Below, one piece after another: positions 27,550-38,086 of a DNA stretch of 64,000 nt (position 1 is its first letter; each line of letters opens with the position of its first letter). The stretch is from positions 185,678 to 249,677 of the forward strand of contig CBDUPA010000010.1 of assembly GCA_965368975.1 (NCBI GenBank), read 5' to 3'. The DNA comes from an uncultured bacterium. GTDB taxonomy: Bacteria; Acidobacteriota; Thermoanaerobaculia; Multivoradales; JAHZIX01. A program made the position numbers and the translations under genes. The notes under the pieces are model-generated. The model did no database searches, was not told the origin of the DNA, and saw nothing but the letters and a program-made list of their open reading frames with translations.

Positions 27550-28146
27550 TCAGACCTTCTGCACCTGGGAGAAGTCCAGTTCCACCGGCGTTTGCCGACC
27601 GAAGATGGTCACCATCACCTTGAGAGTGCTGCGGTCGAGATTGATTTCCTCCACCGTACCGGTGAAGTTGCTGAACGGCCCGTCGATAATCTTGACCAAC
27701 TCGGCCTTCTCGAACATCACCTTCGGCTTTGGCTTCTCCTTGGCCGACACGACTTGCTCGAGGATCTGATCCACCTCGCTCTGTGACAGCGGCGTGGGAT
27801 TCTTACCCGTACCCACGAAACCGGTCACCTTGGGCGTATTCTTCACCACGTGCCAGGCCGCGTCGGACATCGCCATCTCGACCAGAATGTAGCCGGGGAA
27901 GAACTTGCGCTGGCTCTCCTTCTTCTTGCCGCTCTTGTACTCCACCACGGTCTCGGTCGGGATGCGGATATCACCAAAGGCATCGCCCATCCCAAGAGCC
28001 TCTGCGCGCTGCGCCAAGCTCTCCTTGACGCGCTCCTCAAAGCCCGAGTAGGTATGAACGATGTACCATTTCCGCGGGGGCGGCGCCTTCGTCTCCGACG
28101 CCTCGGCGGCACCGGGAACGAGATGGTCTGGAGCCGACTCGGTCAT
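27550..28146 (-). CDS. nusG: Transcription factor NusG
   Basis: WYIVHTYSGFE, FFPGYILVEM, KOW motif DGPFSNFTG. Confidence 0.96.
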   Translation of the reverse strand: MTESAPDHLVPGAAEASETKAPPPRKWYIVHTYSGFEERVKESLAQRAEALGMGDAFGDIRIPTETVVEYKSGKKKESQRKFFPGYILVEMAMSDAAWHVVKNTPKVTGFVGTGKNPTPLSQSEVDQILEQVVSAKEKPKPKVMFEKAELVKIIDGPFSNFTGTVEEINLDRSTLKVMVTIFGRQTPVELDFSQVQKV

Positions 28147-28337
28147 CGATCAATCACCCAGAAGAGTGCCTTGCTGATCACTTGATCCGACAGCCACAGG
28201 TAAGCGGCGAAAACGACACTGGTGACGAGCACCACCACAGTGGTGTTGATCAGCTCCTGGCGCCCCGGGAAGGTCGCCTTCCGGGTCTCGATAATCACCT
28301 CTTTGGTGAAGTTGCGCGTCTTGTCGATCCAGCTCAT
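28143..28337 (-). CDS. secE: Preprotein translocase subunit SecE
   Basis: ETRKATFPGRQE followed by one TM helix; lies between tRNA-Trp and nusG. Confidence 0.9.
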   Translation of the reverse strand: MSWIDKTRNFTKEVIIETRKATFPGRQELINTTVVVLVTSVVFAAYLWLSDQVISKALFWVIDR

Positions 28338-28449
28338 ATCGCCGCCTCGCTCCCGCTTACTACTTGTCCAGATAGAGCATCCGGAGGGTGGGTACCCGGA
28401 GCCGGCCGCCGAAGGCGCCCCGCAACCGAGAAGTCGTTGTCAAAGTCGG

Positions 28450-28526
28450 TGGCAGGCCAGGAGGGATTCGAACCCCCAACCCGCGGTTTTGGAGACCGCT
28501 GCTCTACCAATTGGAGCTACTGGCCT
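28450..28526 (-). tRNA. tRNA-Trp (CCA)
   Basis: Cloverleaf AGGCCAG...CTCCAAA...TTCGAAT...CTGGCCTGCCA. Confidence 0.95.
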
Positions 28527-28651
28527 TCGTATCTTGTTGATTTTTCTACCAGCGACTCAGCGAGAACACCCCCTCCGAGGGAGGGGGCATCCCGGCTCGC
28601 TGATTTCGGAACTCCCGAGCCACGACGACCCCGGACTCCCTGGAGTCGCGC

Positions 28652-29845
28652 TTACTCGATCACGTCGGTGACGGTTCCGGCACCTACGGTGCGGCCGCCT
28701 TCCCGAATGGCGAAGCGCACGCCCTTCTCCATGGCGATAGGAGCGATCAGCTCCACCTCCAAGGTAACGTTGTCGCCGGGCATCACCATCTCGACACCTT
28801 CAGGCAGGGTAGCGGAACCGGTGACGTCAGTCGTACGGAAGTAGAACTGCGGGCGGTACCCCTTGAAGAACGGCGTGTGACGACCGCCCTCATCCTTGGT
28901 CAGAACGTAGATCTCACCCTTGAACTTGGTATGGGGAGTGATCGAGCCGGGCTTGGCCAGAACCTGACCACGCTCCACCTGATCCTTCTTGGTTCCGCGC
29001 AGCAACACGCCGACGTTATCGCCCGCCTCGCCGCGATCCAGCAGCTTGCGGAACATCTCGACGCCGGTAACCGTGGTCTTCTGGGTATCGCGGATACCGA
29101 TGATCTCGATGGTGTCACCGACGTTGACGACACCGCGCTCGATACGACCCGTCACCACGGTGCCACGACCCGGAATCGAGAAGATGTCCTCGATCGGCAT
29201 CAGGAAGTCCTTGTCGATGTCGCGCTCGGGCTGCGGAATGTAGTCGTCGACGGTACTGATCAGCTCGATGATCTTCGAACCCCACTGACTCTCCGGGTCA
29301 CCGCTGTTCAGCGCCTCGAGCGCGGAACCACGAATGATCGGGATGTCGTCACCCGGGAATTCGTACTGGCTCAGCAGCTCGCGCAACTCCAGCTCGACCA
29401 AGTCGAGCAACTCTTCGTCGTCGACCATGTCGCACTTGTTCATGAACACGACGATCGCCGGAACACCGACCTGACGGGCGAGCAGGATGTGCTCACGAGT
29501 CTGCGGCATCGGGCCATCGGCCGCTGACACCACCAGAATCGCACCGTCCATCTGCGCCGCACCGGTGATCATGTTCTTCACGTAGTCGGCGTGACCCGGA
29601 CAGTCGACGTGCGCGTAGTGACGGGCCTCCGACTCGTACTCGACGTGAGCGGTCGCGATGGTGATACCGCGCTCGCGCTCCTCGGGCGCCTTGTCGATGT
29701 TGTCGAAGGCGGTGAACTCGGCCAACCCCTTGGACGCCAGGACCCGGGTAATGGCAGCCGTCAGCGTCGTCTTGCCGTGGTCGACGTGACCAATGGTCCC
29801 GATGTTGACGTGGGGCTTAGTGCGCTCAAACTTCTCCTTGGCCAT
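28652..29845 (-). CDS. tuf: Elongation factor Tu
   Basis: [17 protein letters not shown]. Confidence 0.99.
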   Translation of the reverse strand: MAKEKFERTKPHVNIGTIGHVDHGKTTLTAAITRVLASKGLAEFTAFDNIDKAPEERERGITIATAHVEYESEARHYAHVDCPGHADYVKNMITGAAQMDGAILVVSAADGPMPQTREHILLARQVGVPAIVVFMNKCDMVDDEELLDLVELELRELLSQYEFPGDDIPIIRGSALEALNSGDPESQWGSKIIELISTVDDYIPQPERDIDKDFLMPIEDIFSIPGRGTVVTGRIERGVVNVGDTIEIIGIRDTQKTTVTGVEMFRKLLDRGEAGDNVGVLLRGTKKDQVERGQVLAKPGSITPHTKFKGEIYVLTKDEGGRHTPFFKGYRPQFYFRTTDVTGSATLPEGVEMVMPGDNVTLEVELIAPIAMEKGVRFAIREGGRTVGAGTVTDVIE

Positions 29846-29994
29846 GGCTGCTCAGACGCCTCCTCAAGCTTGGAACCCCACGGTTGTCAGGGGTTTTTGT
29901 TTGGAATCTTGCTCGGTTGCGAGCTCTGCTCTGATGGTAACTAGCTATGCGGCGAGCTTACTACTAGCTCAATCTGCTTGTCTTGCTCAGCTCG

Positions 29995-30069
29995 TGGAGC
30001 CCACGACCGGATTTGAACCGGTGACCTCTTCCTTACCAAGGAAGCGCTCTACCCCTGAGCCACGTGGGC
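29995..30069 (-). tRNA. tRNA-Thr (GGT)
   Basis: GCCCACG...TTGGTAA...TTCAAAT...CGTGGGCTCCA. Confidence 0.95.
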
Positions 30070-30199
30070 CTGATCTGTATCTACGCCGGGCATTGCGCGT
30101 CCCGGTTTCCTGCTTGTTTATGACCCCGCCCGTGGGTCGGGCACTGCCTCGGAGTGCCCGGCGGTGACCTAGACGGCGCACCAGCGGCGGGAAGTGGGG

Positions 30200-30228
30200 A
30201 TTGTTCCAGACCTCGGCACGGTTGTCAA
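30200..30228 (-). promoter_or_regulatory. Putative sigma70 promoter for tRNA-Thr/tuf
   Basis: TTGACA-17 nt-AACAAT on the minus strand. Confidence 0.45.
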
Positions 30229-30406
30229 CCCCCGCCCGGTCCCGGTCGACCGCATCGCCCCGGACCGCATTTCACCTGTTTTTTTCTCGTATCTGCCGCT
30301 GCCAGGACTCTGCTTCGTCGACACCGCTCCAGAGAGAGTTATCGTGCCCTACCGAGGTGCTTGCTTGGCGGCAGTCATCGCTGTGCGGAGGTTGCTCTAG
30401 AGAAGT

Positions 30407-30481
30407 TGGAGCGGGAGACGGGAATCGAACCCGCGACCAACGGCTTGGAAGGCCGAGGCTCTACCACTGAGCTACTCCCGC
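30407..30481 (-). tRNA. tRNA-Gly (TCC)
   Basis: GCGGGAG...CTTCCAA...TTCGATT...CTCCCGCTCCA. Confidence 0.93.
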
Positions 30482-30492
30482 CCGAAGAGATC

Positions 30493-30579
30493 TGGTGGAG
30501 GCGGATGGATTCGAACCACCGTAGGGCTTAGCCCAACAGATTTACAGTCTGTCGCCTTTGACCGCTCGGCCACGCCTCC
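30493..30579 (-). tRNA. tRNA-Tyr (GTA)
   Basis: GGAGGCG...CTGTAAA, long variable arm, ...CGCCTCCACCA. Confidence 0.95.
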
Positions 30580-30630
30580 TTTGTAATCTTGTCAATGTGG
30601 CTAGGATCCGGCTTGCCATCGCCGCCAGCC

Positions 30631-30705
30631 TGGGGCCGGCACGCGGGATCGAACCGCGGACCTACTGTTTACAAGACAGTTGCTCTACCACTGAGCTATG
30701 CCGGC
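30631..30705 (-). tRNA. tRNA-Thr (TGT)
   Basis: GCCGGCA...CTTGTAA...TTCGATC...TGCCGGCCCCA. Confidence 0.93.
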
Positions 30706-30801
30706 TCGAATCCCGAAGCGGTTCCCGCGTCCGGGATTGCGGATGTTACCGCGGCTCTGCCCCCCCTGGCAAGCCCTGAATCCATCTTTTTCTGTCAGTG
30801 G

Positions 30802-31545
30802 TCACTGCGCCCTCTTCTTGGTGCCCTGCATCACGCGGCTGCGCTGGCGCACTGCTTCGTACAGTACGGCAGCCGCGGCGGTCGCCACGTTGAGCGACTC
30901 GATGCGGCCGCGCATCGGTAGACCAACCAGGGCATCGCAGACCTTTCGCGTGCGCGCCCGGAGTCCGCGCTCTTCGCCGCCGAAACAGAGCACCACCTTC
31001 CCCGTGAGATCCAAATCCCACGGCGGCACTCCGTCAGCATCGGCACCGTAGACCCAGTAGCCCTGATTCTTGTACTCCTCGATGGTACGGGCACTGTTGA
31101 CCACACGCTCAACGGCGAGCCAGTCAGCAGCGCCAGCCGAAGTCTTGATGGCGGCTGGCGACAGCGGAGCACTGCCACGATCGCGCACGACCACGCTAGC
31201 AACTCCAGCACCCTCGCAGACACGCAACAATGCCCCCAGGTTGCGTGGGTCCTGGATGTCCTCCAGCAGGACCGCAAGGTGGGGATCGGCGGGATCTGCA
31301 CTGACGCTCGCCTCCGGCTCGTCGCGCAGGCGAGCGACGAAGCCGTTGTGCACCGCGCCGCGCTCGAGGCCGGCAACCACTTCCGGTGGCGCCGGCTCGC
31401 ACACCACCCCGGCTCGCTTCGCTTGGGCCTCGATCTCCTCGCGTCGGCGATCTGGACGGCGACCGACCAACCACACTTGCGCGACCTGCCGGGGCCGGTG
31501 GCGCAGCGCTTCCCGTACGGGGTGAAAACCGTAAATGAGAGGCAG
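30802..31545 (-). CDS. rlmB: 23S rRNA (Gm2251) 2'-O-methyltransferase, TrmH/SpoU family
   Basis: IYGFHPVREAL, DPRNLGA, GGEERGL, ESLNVA. Apparent CTG start at 31545. Confidence 0.88.
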   Translation of the reverse strand: MPLIYGFHPVREALRHRPRQVAQVWLVGRRPDRRREEIEAQAKRAGVVCEPAPPEVVAGLERGAVHNGFVARLRDEPEASVSADPADPHLAVLLEDIQDPRNLGALLRVCEGAGVASVVVRDRGSAPLSPAAIKTSAGAADWLAVERVVNSARTIEEYKNQGYWVYGADADGVPPWDLDLTGKVVLCFGGEERGLRARTRKVCDALVGLPMRGRIESLNVATAAAAVLYEAVRQRSRVMQGTKKRAQ

Positions 31546-31546
31546 G

Positions 31547-32101
31547 TCACACCTCCATGATCTGCTTCTCTTTGGTTGCCATGGACTGCGCGACCTCTTC
31601 GATGAATTTGTCGTGCAATTTCTGCATTTCATCGTGGCCGCGGCGCTCGTCGTCCTGGCTGATCTCCTTCTCCTTCTCTTTCTTCTTGAGCGCATCGTTG
31701 CCATCGCGGCGCGCCTGGCGCACGGCGTTGCGCGTGGCCTCGGCCATATCGTGGGCCTTTCGCACGATCTCTTTGCGCCGCTCTTCGGTGAGCGGCGGCA
31801 CCGGCAGGCGAATGATCTTGCCGTCATTCGACGGATTGAGACCCAGATCGGCCACCATGATCGCTTTCTCGATCACACTGATCTGGGAGCCATCGAAGGG
31901 CTGCACCACGATCATGCTTGGCTCCGGCACGCTCAAGTTGGCGACCTGGTTGATTGGCACCGGACTGCCGTAATAGTCGACGCTGACGTGCTCCAACAGG
32001 CTCAGGGAGGCGCGGCCGGTGCGCAGCGTTTTCAGCTCGCTATGGAAGTGATCCAGTGCGTGCTTCATCTTGCCCTCGATCTCTCGATACAGTTCCTTCA
32101 T
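31547..32101 (-). CDS. frr: Ribosome recycling factor
   Basis: LRTGRAS, LNPSNDG, PPLTEERRKE. Confidence 0.97.
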   Translation of the reverse strand: MKELYREIEGKMKHALDHFHSELKTLRTGRASLSLLEHVSVDYYGSPVPINQVANLSVPEPSMIVVQPFDGSQISVIEKAIMVADLGLNPSNDGKIIRLPVPPLTEERRKEIVRKAHDMAEATRNAVRQARRDGNDALKKKEKEKEISQDDERRGHDEMQKLHDKFIEEVAQSMATKEKQIMEV

Positions 32102-32161
32102 AGCCTGGTCTCCTGTTGACTGTTACCCCTGTCGCCCATCCAGTACGCCGTGCATCCGGCA

Positions 32162-32923
32162 CTAGCCGCGGACGATCGAACCGATCTTCTCGCCGCACAC
32201 GACTCGGCGAATGTTACCGCTCTTGAGCAGGTCGAAGACGACGATCGGGATGTGATTATCGCGACATAGACTGACCGCCGCCGTATCCATGACGCGAAGG
32301 TCACGCTCCAACACTTCGCGAAAGGTCAACTCCGGTAGCCGCTTTGCTCCCGGGTCCTTGCGAGGATCGGCACTGTAGACACCATCCACGTTCGTGGCCT
32401 TGAGCAACACACCGGCGTGGATCTCATTGGCGCGCAGCGCCGCTGCGCTGTCGGTGGTGAAATACGGATTGCCGGTGCCGGCACCAAAGATCACGACACG
32501 CTTCTTCTCCAGGTGGCGAATGGCTCGGCGGCGAATGAACGGCTCGGCGACCTCACGGATCTCGATCGCCGTCTGCACACGGGTCTCGACCTGACGCTTC
32601 TCCAGCGCATCCTGCAAGGCCAGCGCGTTGATCACGGTGGCGAGCATTCCCATGTGATCGCCCGCAACGCGGTCGATTCCGCGATGACTGGCAGCCATGC
32701 CGCGAATGATGTTGCCACCGCCCACCACCACTGCCACTTCGACCAGTTCCTGCACCTCGGCGATCTCATCAGCGATCTTGCCAACCACCGTCTCGTCGAG
32801 GCCGAATTCCTTCTGGCCCATCAAGGCCTCACCGGAAAGCTTGAGCAGGATGCGCCGAGCAATCGGCTCGGCACATCCGTCTTTGACGGCCTCATTGGCG
32901 CCGACATGCGGCGTCTCAGCCAT
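32162..32923 (-). CDS. pyrH: UMP kinase
   Basis: [23 protein letters not shown]. Confidence 0.97.
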   Translation of the reverse strand: MAETPHVGANEAVKDGCAEPIARRILLKLSGEALMGQKEFGLDETVVGKIADEIAEVQELVEVAVVVGGGNIIRGMAASHRGIDRVAGDHMGMLATVINALALQDALEKRQVETRVQTAIEIREVAEPFIRRRAIRHLEKKRVVIFGAGTGNPYFTTDSAAALRANEIHAGVLLKATNVDGVYSADPRKDPGAKRLPELTFREVLERDLRVMDTAAVSLCRDNHIPIVVFDLLKSGNIRRVVCGEKIGSIVRG

Positions 32924-32930
32924 CAGCCCC

Positions 32931-33593
32931 TCAGCCCTGCGCCGCGGCAGCAGCCTGAGCAGCGACTTCGGCAGCGAAATCGTCGACGCGCTTCTCGATA
33001 CCCTCGCCTACCTTGAATCGAGCGAAGCGGCGCACGCGGATGTTCTCCCCGATCTTCGCCACCTTCTCGGCAATGTAGTCGGCGACCGTCTGATCCGGAT
33101 TCTTGATGAACTTCTGTTCGGTCAGCACGTTCTCGCTGAAGAACTTCTCCATCTTGCCATTGACGATCTTGTCGACGATCTTCTCCGGCTTGCCTTCGGC
33201 GAGGACCTGCTCACGGTAGATCTCCCGCTCGCGCGCCAGCACGTCTTCGGTGACCTCCTCGCGCAGCGCGAAGCGCGGTTCGGACGCCGCAATATGCATG
33301 GCGATCTCGCGCGCCAGCTCCTGGAAGTCGTCGGTGCGTGCCACGAAATCCGTCTCGCAGTTCAACTCCACCAGCACGCCGATCTGACCACCAGCATGGA
33401 TGTAGGAACCCACCACACCCTCGGCCGCGGTGCGCGAAGCCTTCTTCTTCGCCGCCGCCAAGCCCTTCTTGCGAAGGTAGTCGATAGCCTTCTCGATATC
33501 GCCGTCGGTCTCGGTCAGCGCCTTCTTGCAGTCCAGCATGGGGGCCGCGGTCTTCTCACGCAGCTCTTTGACCATTGCAGCGGTGATCTTCAT
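32931..33593 (-). CDS. tsf: Elongation factor Ts (short form)
   Basis: [21 protein letters not shown]. Start at ATG 33593. Confidence 0.96.
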   Translation of the reverse strand: MKITAAMVKELREKTAAPMLDCKKALTETDGDIEKAIDYLRKKGLAAAKKKASRTAAEGVVGSYIHAGGQIGVLVELNCETDFVARTDDFQELAREIAMHIAASEPRFALREEVTEDVLAREREIYREQVLAEGKPEKIVDKIVNGKMEKFFSENVLTEQKFIKNPDQTVADYIAEKVAKIGENIRVRRFARFKVGEGIEKRVDDFAAEVAAQAAAAAQG

Positions 33594-33799
33594 GGGGGAA
33601 ATCTCCTGAGAATGGGCCGGTCCCTGAGGGCAGCCAGTTGCCGCCCGAGGGGCCCGGGGTTCGCGACTCTGACGCGTGCGGCATCGGAGTCGGAAATATG
33701 CTTGGTGGATACACACAAACGGAGACCGCGGGCTCTCTAACCCCGTCGGTCTCCGGCGTTCAGTCTCTGATACACCGCCCATAGAGGCGGCCAGAAAGG

Positions 33800-34780
33800 T
33801 CAGCTCGCCTTGGCGCCCTCAGCCGACTTCTCGTCGGCTGGCTTGTCTTCAGCTGGCGTGTCTTCAGCTGGCTTCTCCTCGGCGGGCTTCTCCGCTGCGG
33901 CAGCCACCTCGGCAGGCTTGCTCTCCGCCTTGGTGTCCTCTGCCTTGGCAGGCGCGGGCGCCTCAACCTTCGCAGACGCCTCGGCCTTCGCAGGCACCTC
34001 TGCCGCCGCAGCCGCAGGCGCCTCGGCCTTCACCTCGGCAGCAGGCGCTTCCTCGGCAGGAACCTCCTGCTTCTTGCGCGCCACCATCATTCGCTCCTCC
34101 AGAGTCTTGGAGCCAGCGATGTAGGCATCGGCAATCTTGGAAGTGAAGAGGCGGATCGAGCGAATGGCGTCGTCGTTGCCCGGAATGGGAAAATCGACCA
34201 AGCTCGGGTCACAGTTGGTGTCGACCACGGCGATCACCGGGACTCCCAGCTTGTTGGCCTCGGCCACCGCGATCGACTCCTTCTTGGGATCGATCACGAA
34301 CAGCGCGTCCGGCAGATCGCTCATATCGCGGATGCCGTCGAGGTTCTTGGCCATCTTCTCGCGCTCACGATTGAGACGCAGGCGCTCTTTCTTGGTCAGC
34401 GCCGATTCGGCATCACTCAACCGCTCCTCGACCTCCTTGAGGCGCTTGATCGAGGCCCGAATGGTGACGAAGTTGGTCAAGGTGCCACCCAGCCAGCGGT
34501 GCGTCATATGGAACTCTCCGCAGCGCGAAGCTTCCTCAATGATGGCCGACTGCGCTTGACGTTTGGTACCGACGAACAGCAGTCGCTTGCCAGCGGCCGC
34601 CAGATCGTGCACGAACTCGGCAGCGTAGGCGAACTGACGCACAGTACGCTGCAAGTCGATGATGTAGATACCGTTGCGCTTGCCAAAGATGAACTGCTTC
34701 ATCTTTGGGTTCCAACGGCGTGTCTGGTGGCCGAAGTGGACACCACCCTCCAGCAACTGCTTCATGCTTACCTGGGTCAC
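33800..34780 (-). CDS. rpsB: 30S ribosomal protein S2 with an Ala/Glu/Lys-rich tail
   Basis: [26 protein letters not shown]. Confidence 0.97.
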   Translation of the reverse strand: MTQVSMKQLLEGGVHFGHQTRRWNPKMKQFIFGKRNGIYIIDLQRTVRQFAYAAEFVHDLAAAGKRLLFVGTKRQAQSAIIEEASRCGEFHMTHRWLGGTLTNFVTIRASIKRLKEVEERLSDAESALTKKERLRLNREREKMAKNLDGIRDMSDLPDALFVIDPKKESIAVAEANKLGVPVIAVVDTNCDPSLVDFPIPGNDDAIRSIRLFTSKIADAYIAGSKTLEERMMVARKKQEVPAEEAPAAEVKAEAPAAAAAEVPAKAEASAKVEAPAPAKAEDTKAESKPAEVAAAAEKPAEEKPAEDTPAEDKPADEKSAEGAKAS

Positions 34781-34791
34781 GGGTCGCCTCC

Positions 34792-35190
34792 TTAGCGCTT
34801 ACTGAACTGGTAGCGGGCCCGAGCACCCTTCTGACCATACTTCTTGCGCTCTTTGGCGCGCGGATCACGGGTCAGCAAGCCGGCGGCCTTCAACTTCGGC
34901 CGGAGCTCTGCATTGAATTCGATCAGCGCACGGCTGATGCCGTGACGCAGCGCACCGGCTTGACCGGCGCTGCCGCCGCCTACCACCGTGGCGTAGATAT
35001 CGAACTTCTCCGTGGTCTCGGTCAGGGTCAGGGGCTGCTTGACCACCATCTTCAGTGCCTCGTTCGGGATGAAATCATCCAGCGTGCGACCGTTGATGGA
35101 AATCGCCCCGGTTCCTGGCCTCAGGAACACGCGCGCGGCGGCCTTCTTGCGACGACCGGTGCCGTAGTACTGCAGTTGACTCAACGTCAT
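34792..35190 (-). CDS. rpsI: 30S ribosomal protein S9
   Basis: GTGRRK, C-terminal QFSKR. Confidence 0.97.
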   Translation of the reverse strand: MTLSQLQYYGTGRRKKAAARVFLRPGTGAISINGRTLDDFIPNEALKMVVKQPLTLTETTEKFDIYATVVGGGSAGQAGALRHGISRALIEFNAELRPKLKAAGLLTRDPRAKERKKYGQKGARARYQFSKR

Positions 35191-35251
35191 CTCCTAATTT
35201 GTTCGTGCAGCCGTTCAGCTCAATGGCCCAATTCCCTGAGACTCTAGAGTC

Positions 35252-35707
35252 TCAGGCGGACTGGACGTCGAACGGCTTCGGCTGCTGGGCACCATGCGGA
35301 TGCTCGGTACCAGCGTAAACTTTGAGTTTGCGAATCTGGCGCCGCCCCATCTTGGTCTTCGGCAGCATGCCCCACACCGCAAGCTCGATCATCTTTTCCG
35401 GGCGACGCTTCCGCATCCGCTCGGCCGTCTCTTCTTTCAGCCCACCCAAGTAGCCGGTGTGCCGGTAGTACACCTTCTGCTGTTCCTTGCGTCCGGTGAG
35501 CACCGTCTGCTCCGCGTTGATCACAACCACGAAGTCACCGACGTCCAGGTTCGGGGCCCACACCGGCTTGTGCTTGCCGGTCAGCAGACGAGCCACCGCC
35601 GTCGACAGACGGCCCAGAGGAATGTTCGCGGCATCCACCACGATCCACTCCCGCTGAATCGTGCCGTCTTCGAGCTCCTTACGCGTCGGGCTGTAGGTCT
35701 TGTTCAT
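35252..35707 (-). CDS. rplM: 50S ribosomal protein L13
   Basis: LGRLST, GKHKP, YYRHTGYLGG, HPHGAQQP. Start at ATG 35707. Confidence 0.96.
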   Translation of the reverse strand: MNKTYSPTRKELEDGTIQREWIVVDAANIPLGRLSTAVARLLTGKHKPVWAPNLDVGDFVVVINAEQTVLTGRKEQQKVYYRHTGYLGGLKEETAERMRKRRPEKMIELAVWGMLPKTKMGRRQIRKLKVYAGTEHPHGAQQPKPFDVQSA

Positions 35708-35789
35708 CTCTCGCTCCAAAGTTTCGAAATCTGCCAAACCTGTGCGGCGCGAACCCGGCCTTCGGACAGACTCCGCACAGAGGATCGAG

Positions 35790-35818
35790 AGGATAGGACA
35801 CCGAGACCTGCCTGTCAA
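35790..35818 (-). promoter_or_regulatory. Putative sigma70 promoter of rplM
   Basis: TTGACA-17 nt-TATCCT on the minus strand. Confidence 0.6.
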
Positions 35819-35912
35819 CCCCGCCGCGGGCGTCGCTCGCGCGATGGCGTCACGGTACAATCGGGACAGGCAACTTACCACGAGTGACACCCATACGGAG
35901 ATTTCCAGCAGC

Positions 35913-36905
35913 ATGAGCAATCCAGACGGTCCCATGACTCCAAACGGCCCCCTTACCTTGGACGGCAAGGCGACCGCCCAGCAAATTCGCGACGAAGTCA
36001 AGACCCAGGTCGCCGCACTGGTGGCCCAAGGGCACCGCCCACCTGGCTTGGCAGCCGTACTGGTCGGCGATGACCCCGCGTCGAAGGTCTACGTGGGCAG
36101 CAAGACCCGGGCGTGCGAAGAAGCAGGCCTCGTCGGCCGGACCGTGATTCGCCCGGCCAGCACTCGGGAAGACGAGCTGATGGCGCTGATCGACGACCTC
36201 AATGCCGACGACGCGATCGACGGCATCCTCGTCCAGCTGCCCTTGCCCAAGCATATCGACCCACGCCGCGCGCTCGAACGTGTCGATCCGAGCAAGGATG
36301 TCGACGGTTTTCACTCCGCCAACGTCGGCGCCATGTGGCTCGACCAGCCCGGCTTCCTCCCCGCGACGCCGTCCGGCGTGATGGAGATGCTGCACCGGTA
36401 CGACATCCCACTGAAGGGCAAGAACGCCGTCGTCCTCGGCCGTAGCTTCATCGTCGGCAAGCCCATGGCCGCGTTGTTGCTGCGCGAGAACGCCACCGTC
36501 ACCATCTGTCACTCGCGCACCCACGACCTGCCGGCCGTCTGCCGCCAAGCCGACATCCTGGTAGCTGCCGTCGGCCGCCCCGGCATGGTCGACGCCAGCT
36601 ACGTCAAGGACGGCGCCGTGGTGATCGACGTCGGCATCAACCAGCTCACCGACGAAGCCGAGGTCCAGCGTCTGTTTGGTGAAGGCAACGGCGGCGCGGT
36701 CCACGAGCGCAAGCTGCGGGCCTTCGCCAAGAAGGGCTCCGTCCTGGTGGGTGACGTGCACTACCAGCAGGTCAAGCCCAAAGCCAGCGCCATCACCCCC
36801 GTCCCCGGCGGCGTCGGCCCGCTGACCGTCGCGATGCTGCTGGTCAACACCCTCAAAGCCTGCCGCCGGCACCTGGGCCTGCCGGAAGCTCCAGAGTCGA
36901 CTTGA
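35913..36905 (+). CDS. folD: Methylenetetrahydrofolate dehydrogenase/cyclohydrolase
   Basis: GILVQLPLP, KDVDGF, TPVPGGVGPLT. Start approximate. Confidence 0.95.
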   Translation: MSNPDGPMTPNGPLTLDGKATAQQIRDEVKTQVAALVAQGHRPPGLAAVLVGDDPASKVYVGSKTRACEEAGLVGRTVIRPASTREDELMALIDDLNADDAIDGILVQLPLPKHIDPRRALERVDPSKDVDGFHSANVGAMWLDQPGFLPATPSGVMEMLHRYDIPLKGKNAVVLGRSFIVGKPMAALLLRENATVTICHSRTHDLPAVCRQADILVAAVGRPGMVDASYVKDGAVVIDVGINQLTDEAEVQRLFGEGNGGAVHERKLRAFAKKGSVLVGDVHYQQVKPKASAITPVPGGVGPLTVAMLLVNTLKACRRHLGLPEAPEST

Positions 36906-38086
36906 TGCGACGCCTGCTCGTCGGTCTCACCGGTGGCCTGGCCAGCGGCAAATCCACCGTCGCCCGCCTGTGCCACGAAGCGGGGTGTACCGTCATCGAC
37001 GCTGACCAGGTCGTCGCCGAGCTGTACCGGCCCGGCGGTGCAGGCGCGGCAGCCGTGCGGGAGCTGTTCGGCGACAAAGTCCTGACACCGGACGGCGCCG
37101 TCGATCGCCCCAAGGTCGCCGAGCAGGTCTTCGGCGATGCCAGTGCTCGGAAGCGGCTGGAAGAAGCGGTCCACCCCTTGGTCAAGGCACGGACTGAAGA
37201 ACTGCTGCAAGCGTCGGAAGGGCTGGTTGTCTACGAGGCAACCTTGTTGGTCGAAGCCGGTCGCGCCGACCGCTTCGACGTCGTCGTGAGCGTCGAGGCG
37301 GATCCCGAGCTGCGGCTGCGGCGAGCCGTCGAGCGCGGCATGGACGAAGCCGGCGCGCGGGCGAGATTGGAAGCGCAGGGCGATGGCGCGGCCCGGCGGG
37401 CAAGAGCGGATCACGTGCTGCACAATGACGGCGACCTGGCGGACCTGGCCGCAAGCGTCGAGGCGTTGCTCGCGCAGCTCGTCGAGCAGCTGCATACCGT
37501 GCCGGCGAGCGTCGCCGAGATACTGCGTCGAGCCGTGCTGGTGACCGGGAATCGCAACAAGGCGATCGAAGCGGCACGTCTACTGGGGGGCGTCGAACTG
37601 GAAACGGTGGCCGTCGACTTGCCGGAGGTCCAGGGATTGGACGCGGTCGAGGTGCTACAAGCCAAAGCCGACGTCGCGTGGGAGCGGCTGCAACGGCCGA
37701 TCATCGTCGAGGACACGGGCCTAGAGCTGGATGCCATGAACGGCTTTCCGGGGCCGCTGGTCAAGTGGATGCTCCAAGCGATGGGCAAGGAGGGGATCGC
37801 ACGGACGGGACTGGCGCTGGGCAACGCCGACGTCTGGGCGCACTGCGCGCTGTACTACCGGGATGGGGAGAAAAGCGTCGTGGCGCATGGGCGAACCGGT
37901 GGAACCTTGGTGCTACCGGCGCGGGGGGAGTCGGGCTTTGGGTGGGATGGGGTGTTTCAGCCCGCCGGGCGCGAGAGGACGTATGCGGAGATGCCGGCGA
38001 GCGTCAAGGACTTGCTGGGGCACCGGGGGCGGGCTTGGCGGGGGCTGGTGGAAGAGCTGCAACCCAGAATTCACAACCACTTCTAG
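36905..38086 (+). CDS. coaE: Fusion of dephospho-CoA kinase (CoaE) and Ham1/RdgB non-canonical purine NTP pyrophosphatase
   Basis: N-half GLTGGLASGKST, IDAD, VHP. C-half TGNRNK, EDTGL, GFPGPLVKW, FGWD, GHR. Single continuous frame. Confidence 0.85.
   Translation: MRRLLVGLTGGLASGKSTVARLCHEAGCTVIDADQVVAELYRPGGAGAAAVRELFGDKVLTPDGAVDRPKVAEQVFGDASARKRLEEAVHPLVKARTEELLQASEGLVVYEATLLVEAGRADRFDVVVSVEADPELRLRRAVERGMDEAGARARLEAQGDGAARRARADHVLHNDGDLADLAASVEALLAQLVEQLHTVPASVAEILRRAVLVTGNRNKAIEAARLLGGVELETVAVDLPEVQGLDAVEVLQAKADVAWERLQRPIIVEDTGLELDAMNGFPGPLVKWMLQAMGKEGIARTGLALGNADVWAHCALYYRDGEKSVVAHGRTGGTLVLPARGESGFGWDGVFQPAGRERTYAEMPASVKDLLGHRGRAWRGLVEELQPRIHNHF

Noticed and set aside
30070-30406. Integrated element in the tRNA cluster
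   Set aside because: No integrase or duplicated tRNA 3' end; the gap holds a plausible promoter only.
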